Positions 27,441-36,926 are shown, counted from the first letter of the stretch. The stretch: DNA of 36,982 bases from Bacteriovoracaceae bacterium (GCA_018649885.1 JABIHA010000112.1:62001-98982), one strand, 5' to 3'. The notes: generated by a model not told the origin, from the letters alone. A program made the numbers and translations.

Positions 27441-30080
27441 ATGACAAAACGCGAGCTTCCAAAGAAGTACAATCACCTTGAATTAGAGAAGAAATGGGCA
27501 CAAAACTGGAAAGAAACCGATGTTTATGCTTATAACCCAGATGTTGCTAGAGAAAATACCTTCGTAGTTGATACCCCTCCTCCTACAGTTTCAGGTTCAC
27601 TCCATATGGGTCATGTATTTAGCTATACTCAAACAGATTGTATCGTTCGATATCAAAGAATGAAGGGCAAGAATATTTTTTATCCCATGGGCTGGGATGA
27701 TAATGGATTGCCCACTGAAAGAAGAGTGCAAAATCTTTGGGGTGTAAAATGTGATCCCACAGTTGCCTACGATTCATCTTGGACCGGAGAGAGAAAAGAA
27801 AAGGTTGTAAAACCAAGAGACCAACAGCCAATAGGTCGAAAAAACTTCATTGAGTTGTGCCAAAAACAAACCAAGGAAGATGAAATAAAATATGAAAACC
27901 TTTGGAGAAATCTAGGGCTTTCAATTGATTGGAATCAGCAGTATGAAACAATTAATAGTCATTCACAGAAGATGTCTCAATTTTCTTTTTTAGACTTAGT
28001 ATCAAAGAACAAGGTTTACTCTACAGAAGCTCCTACTATGTGGGATGTGACATATCAAACTGCAGTTGCTCAAGCTGAAGTTGAAGACCGCGCGCGAACA
28101 GGTCATTTTTACGATATAAGATTTGGTGTTGAAGATGGCAGTGAGTTTCTCATTTCTACAACAAGGCCAGAGCTACTAGCTGCGTGTATCGCTGTTGTTG
28201 CACACCCTGATGATGAAAGGTATCAAAAGTTTTTTGGCAAAAAGGCCATCACTCCCTTATTTAATGTAGAGGTTCCAATACTTGCGGCTGAACACGCTGA
28301 CCCTGAAAAGGGCACAGGTATATTAATGGTGTGTACCTTTGGTGATGTTCACGATGTGGAATGGTGGAAGCAAAGTGATCTTCCATTAAAGCAGGTACTT
28401 GGTCTTGATGGAAAAATGCTTCCGGTAACTTTTGGCGAAGGTGTTTTTGAGAGTAAGAATTCAAGTGCTGCCAATGCGGCTTATTCTAAAATCGATGGAC
28501 TCTTTATTAATAAGGCCAAATCGACAATGGTAGAAATGCTTTCAGAGGATGGCTCATGTGTCCTAGGAAAAGGTGCGGCCCTCGTAGGAGAGCCAAGGCC
28601 CACACAGCAAGCTGTTAAATATTACGAAAAAGGTGACCGTCCTCTTGAGTTTGTACCCACAAGGCAATGGTTTATAAAAATTCTTGATCATAGAGAAGAG
28701 CTCCTAGCACAAGGTGCGAAAGTTAACTGGACTCCAGCTCATATGAAATCTAAATTTGATCAATGGGTTAAAGGAATTAATCAAGATTGGTGTATATCAC
28801 GTCAGAGATATTTTGGAGTTCCCTTTCCCGTTTGGTACGGCGTAGATGAAAATGGAATGCCCATTTATGACAAGCCCCTTTTTGCAGATATTTCAGATCT
28901 TCCCGTCGATCCGATGCAAGAGACTCCAAAAGGATTTGAAGAGGCCTCGAGAAATCAGCCTGGTGGATTTACCGGAGATCCCAATGTAATGGATACATGG
29001 GCCACTTCATCAGTGACACCACAAATTTCAAGTCACTGGGGAATTGATGAAGCTAGACATAAGAAGCTCTTTCCTGCCGATCTTAGACCTCAGGCCCACG
29101 AAATAATTAGGACCTGGGCATTTTACACGATTGCAAAAAGTTATTTTCATGAAGGAAGTGTGCCTTGGTACAATGCAGGGATAAGTGGTTGGGTTGTGAC
29201 ACCTGATAGAAGCAAGCTCAGTAAGTCCAAAGGAAATAGTAAGGGGAGCCCAGAAGATTTACTGGTAGACTTCTCAGCCGATGCTCTTAGGTACTGGGCC
29301 ACAAAGGCAAAGCTTGGAGTAGACACTATTTATGATGAAGGTGTCTTTAAAGTTGGGAAGAGGCTTTGTACTAAATTATTCAATGTTTCGAAATTTGTGA
29401 TGATGCAACTGGAAGATGAAGACACTCCTGAATATTCGCATTCAGATATATCCAATATGCTTGATCTGGCAATGATCAAAGAGTTAAAGGAATTAGTTGA
29501 TCGTTCAAATAAAAATTTCGAGCAATTTGATTTCGCAGCCGTTTTACTTGAAACAGAATCTCTTTTTTGGAATTTTTGTGATCACTATGTAGAGCTTGTG
29601 AAAAATAGATCATATAAACAGAAAAATACTCAGGGTGGTAAGTCAGCTCTTGCAACTCTTGATATTTGTTTAGGAACATTTCTAAGGCTCTTTGCTCCAT
29701 TTATTTCCTTTGTAACAGAGGAAGTTTGGAGTTGGCGTCAGGATGAAAAAGATTCAACTATTCATAAGGCCAGTTTTCCCAATGCTTCAGAGTTTAAGGA
29801 GATTGACTTAGGACCAGTCAGTGATGAACTGGTAATTGCTAAGGAAGTGCTCGGAGGAATACGAGGCGAAAAAACGAAGGCCCAAAAATCGCTGAAATGG
29901 CCTGTTAAAGCTGTTAAAGTCAAAGGGGAAGCACAGAAAATCGAAGTACTTAAAAAAGTATTAGAAGATTTAACTGCTGCAGGTAATGTAAGTGAGAATG
30001 GATTTAGCTTTGTATCTGAAAAGATTGAAGGTGAGAGCAATTTTGAGTTAGATATAACTTTGTCAGAAAGTGACTCTTAA
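27441..30080 (+). CDS. valS: Valine--tRNA ligase, type 2 (archaeal-like, no C-terminal coiled coil)
   Basis: 'DTPPPTVSGSLHMGH', 'GWDDNGLPTE', 'DWCISRQR', 'MDTWATS', 'KLSKS'. Start set at ATG 27441. Confidence 0.95.
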   Translation: MTKRELPKKYNHLELEKKWAQNWKETDVYAYNPDVARENTFVVDTPPPTVSGSLHMGHVFSYTQTDCIVRYQRMKGKNIFYPMGWDDNGLPTERRVQNLWGVKCDPTVAYDSSWTGERKEKVVKPRDQQPIGRKNFIELCQKQTKEDEIKYENLWRNLGLSIDWNQQYETINSHSQKMSQFSFLDLVSKNKVYSTEAPTMWDVTYQTAVAQAEVEDRARTGHFYDIRFGVEDGSEFLISTTRPELLAACIAVVAHPDDERYQKFFGKKAITPLFNVEVPILAAEHADPEKGTGILMVCTFGDVHDVEWWKQSDLPLKQVLGLDGKMLPVTFGEGVFESKNSSAANAAYSKIDGLFINKAKSTMVEMLSEDGSCVLGKGAALVGEPRPTQQAVKYYEKGDRPLEFVPTRQWFIKILDHREELLAQGAKVNWTPAHMKSKFDQWVKGINQDWCISRQRYFGVPFPVWYGVDENGMPIYDKPLFADISDLPVDPMQETPKGFEEASRNQPGGFTGDPNVMDTWATSSVTPQISSHWGIDEARHKKLFPADLRPQAHEIIRTWAFYTIAKSYFHEGSVPWYNAGISGWVVTPDRSKLSKSKGNSKGSPEDLLVDFSADALRYWATKAKLGVDTIYDEGVFKVGKRLCTKLFNVSKFVMMQLEDEDTPEYSHSDISNMLDLAMIKELKELVDRSNKNFEQFDFAAVLLETESLFWNFCDHYVELVKNRSYKQKNTQGGKSALATLDICLGTFLRLFAPFISFVTEEVWSWRQDEKDSTIHKASFPNASEFKEIDLGPVSDELVIAKEVLGGIRGEKTKAQKSLKWPVKAVKVKGEAQKIEVLKKVLEDLTAAGNVSENGFSFVSEKIEGESNFELDITLSESDS

Positions 30081-30088
30081 GACTCACC

Positions 30089-30155
30089 CTAGCACTCCAT
30101 CCATTAAGTTTGCTTATGCTGCGCATACGGGTAAACTTAATGGACGGAGCACTAG
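30089..30155. repeat. CTAG-bounded palindromic element, copy 2 (67 bp); probably also a terminator between convergent genes
   Basis: CTAGCACTCCATCCATTAAGTTTG...TAAACTTAATGGACGGAGCACTAG; long inverted repeat homologous to 761-807. Confidence 0.7.
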
Positions 30156-30628
30156 AAATAATAATAACCAATCCATATTCTTAGGCTGTTGACTTTGGTT
30201 TTATTGAGGGCGATGGCCAGGCTTATGCCTGAATGTGAAAACCATTTTAAATCAACTCCTGCACCGACTTCATAGCCACCATTAAAATGGGATTTATCAT
30301 CAAATTGGCCAACACCTGCTATCCCTTCGGCGTAGAAAAATGGCTGAATATTTGATTTTTTTACATCAGACAAAAAATAAATATATGGGCCAAGAGAAAT
30401 ATCACCTTGCTTGTAAGTTGATCCAATAGAAAGTGTAAATCCAGTTACAAGTCTTAGCCACTTTGGCTCGGATGAAACAGCGAATTTTAAAAGATTGGCG
30501 GCACTTGTTCTGGACTCACCCTTCTCAGGATCTTCTAATCCATACTGCCAGTTGAACTGTCTTTTGGCAGCAGCAAAACCACTTATGGGTATAGAACAAA
30601 TGATAAATAATAACCAATATCGAGACAT
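30152..30628 (-). CDS. Small outer-membrane beta-barrel-like protein
   Basis: Signal peptide from ATG 30628; alternating beta-strand pattern; ends 'IGYYYF'. Confidence 0.65.
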   Translation of the reverse strand: MSRYWLLFIICSIPISGFAAAKRQFNWQYGLEDPEKGESRTSAANLLKFAVSSEPKWLRLVTGFTLSIGSTYKQGDISLGPYIYFLSDVKKSNIQPFFYAEGIAGVGQFDDKSHFNGGYEVGAGVDLKWFSHSGISLAIALNKTKVNSLRIWIGYYYF

Positions 30629-30769
30629 AGTGCCATTGACTCCTATTATCAATTATTCACAATATTTTGATTTCATTCAATGTGGAAAATTTGACACAGA
30701 TAATTGAGGAAAGAACTACCACTACTGCTAAGATATCAGTGATTTATATTTGTCTGTTAACATATATAT

Positions 30770-31450
30770 ATGGATGAAAAGTCGGCGATAGTTACAGGTA
30801 GTAGTTCTGGTTTAGGCCTTGAGGCAAGTGAGTACTTACTAGAGTTAGGGTATATGGTATTCGGCTTAAGTCAAAGAGGCAGTGATATAGTTCATTCAAA
30901 TTACTTTGATATAGTATGTGATTTGAGTAACGAAGAGGATGTTGAAGAGTTTTACAGACAGGTTTCTGAAACCACCAACTCCATAGATGTGCTTGTACAT
31001 TGTGCTGGAATTGGAAGTGTTTCGCCAATCATTGAAACTTCTTCCAGGGAATTTGAGAGAAACTTACAAGTTAATGCTCTCGGAACATTTCATCTGCTCA
31101 AACACTTTAGTCGTTTCATTATTCCATTTGAAACAAAAGTGATCTCTACTGTTGCCTTTTGTACTGAACAGAATTTACCATTACTTGCGGCCATAAGTGC
31201 CTCCAAAGCGGCAATGAAAGCGATTCTCGATTCATGTGAAGTGGAGTGGAGAGAATTGGGAGTGAATTTTTCAAATCTCTATCCCGGACCTATTGATACT
31301 CCCTATTGGGAAAAATGTGAATATCCTATGCCTAAAGGTGCTGTGCTAAGTACCTCACATTTTTTATACGTTCTAGATATGGTCGTTTCCTCTCCAGCGA
31401 TTATGAGATTTTCTAATATTCAATTCAGGCATAGAGGAAGTTTAGTTTGA
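30770..31450 (+). CDS. SDR-family oxidoreductase (catalytic Tyr substituted)
   Basis: 'TGSSSGLG', 'HCAG', 'ISASK' in place of YxxxK, 'PGPIDT'. Confidence 0.85.
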   Translation: MDEKSAIVTGSSSGLGLEASEYLLELGYMVFGLSQRGSDIVHSNYFDIVCDLSNEEDVEEFYRQVSETTNSIDVLVHCAGIGSVSPIIETSSREFERNLQVNALGTFHLLKHFSRFIIPFETKVISTVAFCTEQNLPLLAAISASKAAMKAILDSCEVEWRELGVNFSNLYPGPIDTPYWEKCEYPMPKGAVLSTSHFLYVLDMVVSSPAIMRFSNIQFRHRGSLV

Positions 31451-31869
31451 TGAAAAAAGTGGTATGGTTTTTAAAAGTATTCACTTGTATCGGTGCTACG
31501 ATTTTATTATTTGGAAATACTGAAAGCAAGGATCTTCTGGCGCATTTTGCTTTTGGCTTTTTTTGGGTTTATTCAATGTCGTCTAAAAAAATGCTAGAGC
31601 GGATTGAATCTAAGTCTTATAGGTACTCGTTTATTAGAGGCATTGGTAAAATAAACTCTATGGGAATAAAGGTTTTTGGAGGTAGGCAACTTCTGGGGAC
31701 AATGGTTACTCCTATAGTAGTCATCACGGTATTTACAATGGTTTTAAGAATAGACACTCCACTGTGGCCTTCTATCTTTGGTTCAGGAGTAGCAGCTTGT
31801 TCAACCCTCTTCCGGGATATGAACTTCTATCAAGAATTAATGAGTGACCCTTTCAAAGAAGATTCCTAA
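31450..31869 (+). CDS. Hypothetical membrane protein
   Basis: About 4 hydrophobic segments; TGATG coupling to the SDR gene; GAGG RBS. Confidence 0.65.
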   Translation: MKKVVWFLKVFTCIGATILLFGNTESKDLLAHFAFGFFWVYSMSSKKMLERIESKSYRYSFIRGIGKINSMGIKVFGGRQLLGTMVTPIVVITVFTMVLRIDTPLWPSIFGSGVAACSTLFRDMNFYQELMSDPFKEDS

Positions 31870-31928
31870 AAGAGCCTGGGTTTAAGATTGCAACTGGTTG
31901 ATATTACAGGAAAAGCCGATGTTTTTGC

Positions 31929-31955
31929 TCTGGTTTTGTCTCTTTTCGCCGATAA
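31929..31955 (+). promoter_or_regulatory. Candidate sigma28 (FliA) promoter
   Basis: TCTGGTTT-N11-GCCGATAA: perfect -10 and correct spacing. Confidence 0.45.
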
Positions 31956-31992
31956 GTTTCAAGTACAAAAATGCCACCTGGAGTGATGAGTA

Positions 31993-32346
31993 TTGAAGTC
32001 AATTGAGCCGAATTTACAGCATACCTTGAAAGTGTGGTGGGCCATGGCCTGGCGGTTATCAATTGTCTTTTTTGGCTCTGCACTTATTATTGGAGGGATT
32101 GTTTGGGCCCAGAAAACACTTTTAAGTGGAGTGCTAAGCGATTCTCAAAATGAAGTATTCTCATTTTTTCTAACTGCTACACTTTATCTCTTTGTAACCC
32201 TTATTCCAGTGAGAATGGTGTTAGGAAAAGATTTTGGAAATTTTAGGTTAGAGTGTGTTGAAGCAAACTCGGAGTTGGACGAAAGTATTTCTCCCATTCG
32301 AGAGGAAGTTTTAGCTGAGCATGTATCAGTAGATGAAGCGGCTTAA
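31993..32346 (+). CDS. Hypothetical 2-TM membrane protein
   Basis: 'LKVWWAMAWR' followed by two TM helices and an acidic tail. Confidence 0.65.
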   Translation: MKSIEPNLQHTLKVWWAMAWRLSIVFFGSALIIGGIVWAQKTLLSGVLSDSQNEVFSFFLTATLYLFVTLIPVRMVLGKDFGNFRLECVEANSELDESISPIREEVLAEHVSVDEAA

Positions 32347-33314
32347 TAAAGTTTAATATAGTTTTCCTTAAATTCATCTAATTCCCTAGATCTTAAAAAA
32401 CTACTTCTTATTAATTGTTGTGAATCATCACCTTCAAGCAGATATTTTGTGACTGACTTAAGCCGTTTTAAAATCGTACTCTCTTTTTGATTCCTTTTGA
32501 ATAATTCAGACTCAAATTCTGAGAGGAAGCTTCTAATTTGAGATCTTCTATAATCTTGATCGCTAAATAGTTGATGATCTTGTTTATAGCAGTTTGCAAT
32601 CCAGGGATTTCTTAAAGCTCCGCGACCTATCATAACCCCATCACAGTTAGTTTCATTAAACATTCGATCAATATCTGTAGGTGAGTTTACATCACCATTT
32701 CCTATAATCGGAACCTGAGATTTGTCTTTGGCCTTTTTTATAAAACTCCAGTTTGCATGGCCTTGGTACATTTGCTCTTTTGTTCTGGCGTGAATAGTAA
32801 TTTGTTGAACTCCAGCATCATTTAGAAGTGAGATGGTGTCTTCAAAGCTATTTGTATCTTTATAGCCGATTCTAATTTTTGCGCTAAGAAAACCATTGAA
32901 GTTTTTCCTAACCCTATCAACTACTCTTTTAAGTGAATGAAGATCTTGCAATAAATAAGATCCTCCTTTGTGTCCATTGACTTTCTTTGATGGGCATCCG
33001 AGGTTGATGTCGCACCAAGGAATTTTGAGTTGCTCTATGGCCTTGATATTTTCTTCAATATTCGCATGCTCTGGTGAGAGAATTTGAAGGGCAGTTTTTT
33101 TACCTGGCAATTGATTGTAAAAGAAATGGCCTAAATGGGAGATAGTCTTTTTTGCAGGCATGGCTCCAATTGTTGGTATTCTTAGAAAGTCAGTGCTGTA
33201 AAAATCAAACCCCTGGGCGTGGTAGAGCTCAAAAATCACCTTTCGGTAAATGTCGTCGGTGATGCCCTCCATAGGGGCAAGGAATAAGATTTTCCTGTTC
33301 AGGTTTTCAATCAT
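32343..33314 (-). CDS. tRNA-dihydrouridine synthase (Dus family)
   Basis: 'LAPMEG', 'DINLGCP', 'IHART', 'GNGDV', 'GVMIGRG' motifs. Confidence 0.93.
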   Translation of the reverse strand: MIENLNRKILFLAPMEGITDDIYRKVIFELYHAQGFDFYSTDFLRIPTIGAMPAKKTISHLGHFFYNQLPGKKTALQILSPEHANIEENIKAIEQLKIPWCDINLGCPSKKVNGHKGGSYLLQDLHSLKRVVDRVRKNFNGFLSAKIRIGYKDTNSFEDTISLLNDAGVQQITIHARTKEQMYQGHANWSFIKKAKDKSQVPIIGNGDVNSPTDIDRMFNETNCDGVMIGRGALRNPWIANCYKQDHQLFSDQDYRRSQIRSFLSEFESELFKRNQKESTILKRLKSVTKYLLEGDDSQQLIRSSFLRSRELDEFKENYIKLY

Positions 33315-33502
33315 TTTGAATGTGTAATTAGTTTTGCTGGTGTTGGCAAGGATACTCTAGTTTTTACTTAATAATTCTTAAATTTCCGATTCAATTCCTC
33401 AATTTTAAGGCTTATGGGGCACTAGTGTTCAATAAATACCGAATACCTGGAGCTATAGTATTGAAATATGAATATGATTCATGTAAAAATATAGCTGTGC
33501 AC

Positions 33503-33529
33503 TAAAGTTTAGCCTTGTGATTCCGACGA
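33503..33529 (+). promoter_or_regulatory. Candidate sigma28 (FliA) promoter
   Basis: TAAAGTTT-N11-TCCGACGA: perfect extended -35, CCGA core in the -10. Confidence 0.5.
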
Positions 33530-33674
33530 GTTGGGCACAGATAAATAATGGCCGATGCGTTTGTAACTTTTGTTGTAATGGGCGTATCGAATCAGGAGAC
33601 AAAAATTATCGAGCCGTCGCTGGTTGATAAGTTCTTTTTAAATATTTATAGAAATTCCTTCTGGGCGAGAGATT

Positions 33675-34985
33675 GTGAATCCTGAGATCCAGTTATTTGA
33701 ATACGTTCTTTTCATAGGAGCTCTTATACTCTCAGGATTCTATTCTGGGTCGGAAGCTGCTTTGCTATCTATTCCCCAAGACAGGGTTAGGCAGCTTATT
33801 AATGATGGGGGCAGAAGAGGCTCGGCCTTAAAATTCTTAGCTGCTAATCAAGGCAGTGTTCTAACCACTATTTTGGTGGGAAATAATCTGGCCAATATTT
33901 TTGCCGCTTCTTTTACTACGAAAATTGCTCACCGGTTTTTTCAAGATGATGCCGTTGCCTTTAGTGTTGGTATTACCACCTTACTCATTCTTATTTTTGG
34001 TGAAATTATTCCAAAGACTTTTGCCAGGTCAAAAGCTGAAAAGCTTGCGTACCCGGTAATTATAATTCTTCGGCTAAATTACTACTTAATGTTTCCAGTG
34101 ATTTACTTTTTTGATCATCTCATAAGATTGGTTTTGGGAAAGAACGCCCATATAAGGGGAAGGCTTATTACCAAAGATGATATTGAGTTTATGGTTAATA
34201 AGGCCGAGCAAGACAAATCAATTGATTCAAAGCAAATTGATCTACTCTGGTCTATCTTGGAGTTTCCTACAATTAAAGTAAAAGATATTATGATTCCTAG
34301 GAACAAAGTAACCTTTATTCAAAAAAGAGATTCACTGGGTGATATTATCGATATGATTAAAGATAAGGGACATAGTAGATACCCCGTTTGTAATGGAGAT
34401 TTAGACAATACAATTGGGTTTTTACACGTCAAGGATTTGGCCTTTATTTCAACAAATGATAAGGGGAAATTTAAGTTAGACCGCTTTTTTAAAGCACCAT
34501 TTTTTGTTTATGAGCATATGAAGATTCAATCTGTGATGGATCATATGAATAGAAAAAAAGTCCATCTTGCCCTTGTAAAAGATGAAAATGGATTAGTTGT
34601 AGGCATTGTAACTTTAGAAGACATTATTGAAGAAATTTTTGGCGATATTAGAGATGAACACGACAACGAAGAGTTGCAAAAAGAAGTGACAGACGAAGAA
34701 TTGGAAAATGGATTTATTGTGGAGGGAAGTATCTCTTTGCGGGATCTATATAACGAAAGTGATATTGAAATTCCTTTAAATGATAATTATTCAACTGTGA
34801 CCGGTTTTATATTAGATAAGCTTGGAAATAGCTTTCCGAAGCAAGGACAGGTTATTATTTGGGAGAATTTCTCATTTGAGCTCGTAAAAGTCGAAGAAAT
34901 GGAAATAAAAAAAGTAAAAGTAAAAATTATCGACACTGAGAAAAGTAAAAAATCAGATTCTGAAGAAAAGGTTATTGGGGAGTAG
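33675..34985 (+). CDS. Hemolysin/CNNM (DUF21-CBS-CorC) family protein
   Basis: 'SGFYSGSEAAL', 'ILVGNN', 'FGEIIPK', CBS pair 'HSRYPV' and 'GIVTLEDIIEEIFGDI', CorC_HlyC tail. Confidence 0.92.
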   Translation: MNPEIQLFEYVLFIGALILSGFYSGSEAALLSIPQDRVRQLINDGGRRGSALKFLAANQGSVLTTILVGNNLANIFAASFTTKIAHRFFQDDAVAFSVGITTLLILIFGEIIPKTFARSKAEKLAYPVIIILRLNYYLMFPVIYFFDHLIRLVLGKNAHIRGRLITKDDIEFMVNKAEQDKSIDSKQIDLLWSILEFPTIKVKDIMIPRNKVTFIQKRDSLGDIIDMIKDKGHSRYPVCNGDLDNTIGFLHVKDLAFISTNDKGKFKLDRFFKAPFFVYEHMKIQSVMDHMNRKKVHLALVKDENGLVVGIVTLEDIIEEIFGDIRDEHDNEELQKEVTDEELENGFIVEGSISLRDLYNESDIEIPLNDNYSTVTGFILDKLGNSFPKQGQVIIWENFSFELVKVEEMEIKKVKVKIIDTEKSKKSDSEEKVIGE

Positions 34986-34995
34986 ATATAGAGTT

Positions 34996-36693
34996 ATGGA
35001 GAATATTTCTGTCAATATTATTGATCTTCCTCACATAGTACCTCTTTTGGGGCTGGCCTTAATGTCCGCCCTTTTTGCTGGAAAAGTCGCAAAGCGTATT
35101 GGTCTTCCCAAAGTTACTGCTTATATGATGGTTGGTATTATACTGGGGCCAACTGGCTTTAATTATATAACTGAGCCCATTGCAGATAAATTTCATTTTA
35201 TTAATGAGATTGCTTTTGGCCTGATTCTATTCAACATTGGTGGTGAATTTCATAGAGGACTATTTGAAAATATTACTTTAAAGCATTTAAAGTTTTCCCT
35301 TGTTTTCTCATTGCTATCAGTTCTATTTATTTCTTGTTTGTGTTTTATGTTTACCTATTTCACTGATATGGCATTAAGCCAAAGATTGTTATTTTCATTT
35401 TATATGTCATTCGTTGCTCTTGCGGCGGCTCCACCAACAACATTACTTGTTATTAAGGAATATAATTCCAATGGACCTCTAACGCAGTCTATATTCGTAT
35501 TCTTAATTGTAAGTACAGTACTGGCCTTAGTTGGTACTGAAGTACTCGAAGTCATTTATGAGTACTTGGGCTTGTGGTCAGGGGGTGGTGAGCAGCTAAT
35601 GCAACATGTGCTGGCTTTGGCCTGGTCATTTGTTGGGGCCATTTTATTTGGAATGATTCTTGGTGTTGTTTTGAGTTATTGGGAGCAGCAAGAACATAAC
35701 ACCAGTGAACTGTATTTTGCTGTTATATGCTTCATCTTTTTTGGAATTACAATCTCACACTACTTAAATTTAAATCCACTCTTTTTGAGTTTGGCCCTTG
35801 GTTTTACCTTGGTTAATACATCCCCTACAGGGATAATTGTCCATCAATCAATTAAGGAAATGGGTCTCAGTGTATTTGCTATTTTCTTTGTTCTTGCAGG
35901 AGCACATATTCATTTGCAAGAACAATTGCAGGCTCTCGGCATTTTGGGTCTTGGCTATATAATAGCTAGGACTATTGGGATTTTTCTCAGCTCCAAAATT
36001 TCGTCTATTCTTACAAATGAAGAAGAAGTAGTTGAAAAATTCTTAGGTCCAAGTGTTCTTTCCCATGCAGGTGCAGCACTTGCCATTGTAATGAGCATTA
36101 AAGGAAGAAGTGAAGAAACTGCTCAAACAATTGTTTCTGTTGTAATGACTTCAATATTTGTTTTTGAAATTGTTGGACCCCTAAGTTTGAAATTTTCACT
36201 GATTAAATCAAAAGAAGCCGCCTCCGTGATGAAATCTAAGAATATTTCAAAGTCTTTTTACGGATTTTATCATTTGATAAGAAATTTCGTAAAAAATATA
36301 AATTCAGGAGGTAGTAAATCAGATATCAAAACTATTAGCTCAATTGTAAACCATGAAATCTTTGCCATTCAAGAAACGGCCTCTATTGTTGAGCTTACAG
36401 AATTTCTTAAACAAAGAAATCAGCCAGTCTATCCAGTGATTGACGCCAATCATATTTTTAAAGGGACATTGTGCCTAGATGCTCTTAAAAGTGCTTTTTT
36501 AGATCCAGGGGAGCTTAAGGTTGGAGATTTAATTGATCATGAATATTTTCTGGAGGAAGGAGCCTCATTCTATGAAGCGCTCTATCTTTTTAGTATGCAT
36601 GAAGAGAGAGTCTTGCCGGTTGTAAAATCTGGTTCAAAGAAGCTTGTTGGTTATTTGATGTATCAAGATTTGATTGTTGAAAATTATTCCTAG
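34996..36693 (+). CDS. Cation:proton antiporter with C-terminal CBS pair
   Basis: 'GLPKVTAYMMVGIILGP', many TM helices, C-terminal CBS motifs 'YPVID' and 'LPVV...LVG'. Confidence 0.88.
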   Translation: MENISVNIIDLPHIVPLLGLALMSALFAGKVAKRIGLPKVTAYMMVGIILGPTGFNYITEPIADKFHFINEIAFGLILFNIGGEFHRGLFENITLKHLKFSLVFSLLSVLFISCLCFMFTYFTDMALSQRLLFSFYMSFVALAAAPPTTLLVIKEYNSNGPLTQSIFVFLIVSTVLALVGTEVLEVIYEYLGLWSGGGEQLMQHVLALAWSFVGAILFGMILGVVLSYWEQQEHNTSELYFAVICFIFFGITISHYLNLNPLFLSLALGFTLVNTSPTGIIVHQSIKEMGLSVFAIFFVLAGAHIHLQEQLQALGILGLGYIIARTIGIFLSSKISSILTNEEEVVEKFLGPSVLSHAGAALAIVMSIKGRSEETAQTIVSVVMTSIFVFEIVGPLSLKFSLIKSKEAASVMKSKNISKSFYGFYHLIRNFVKNINSGGSKSDIKTISSIVNHEIFAIQETASIVELTEFLKQRNQPVYPVIDANHIFKGTLCLDALKSAFLDPGELKVGDLIDHEYFLEEGASFYEALYLFSMHEERVLPVVKSGSKKLVGYLMYQDLIVENYS

Positions 36694-36848
36694 AAAATAA
36701 AACCCTTTATACCTTCACCTTTATGTTGCCGTTGGCGGTTGCCCTTGCCCTCCCAAGAAAAAAATCTTATTTGCACATTTCTACTACCATGCAAATAATC
36801 TCAAAATAAACCCTCTCCCTCTTTAAAATGTTGGTTTCCTGAAGGTCC

Positions 36849-36894
36849 ATTCTCGACACATACTTTACATTTTATTCTCGATACATGGTTTACA
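36849..36894 (+). repeat. Two imperfect 21-bp direct repeats (putative transposase-binding sites)
   Basis: ATTCTCGACACATACTTTACA and ATTCTCGATACATGGTTTACA; 18/21 identical, 25-bp period. Confidence 0.7.
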
Positions 36895-36926
36895 CTTTTT
36901 AAGGTACTGCAAACAAAGGGGGTTGC

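Noticed and set aside
27275..27481. 68-aa ORF, and the N-terminal extension of valS to 27345
   Set aside because: Both lie in the palindrome arm; recognisable ValRS sequence begins at ATG 27441.
33357..33425. Third copy of the CTAG element
   Set aside because: CTAG-bounded and of similar length, but only the last ~10 bp resemble the family.
33504..33635. Relocated 6S RNA
   Set aside because: Only about 130 nt, weak closing helices, and the 5' part overlaps the promoter candidate.
36767..36798. TTATTTGCA-N14-TGCAAATAA inverted repeat
   Set aside because: Possible operator, but there is no associated gene or second copy in the window.
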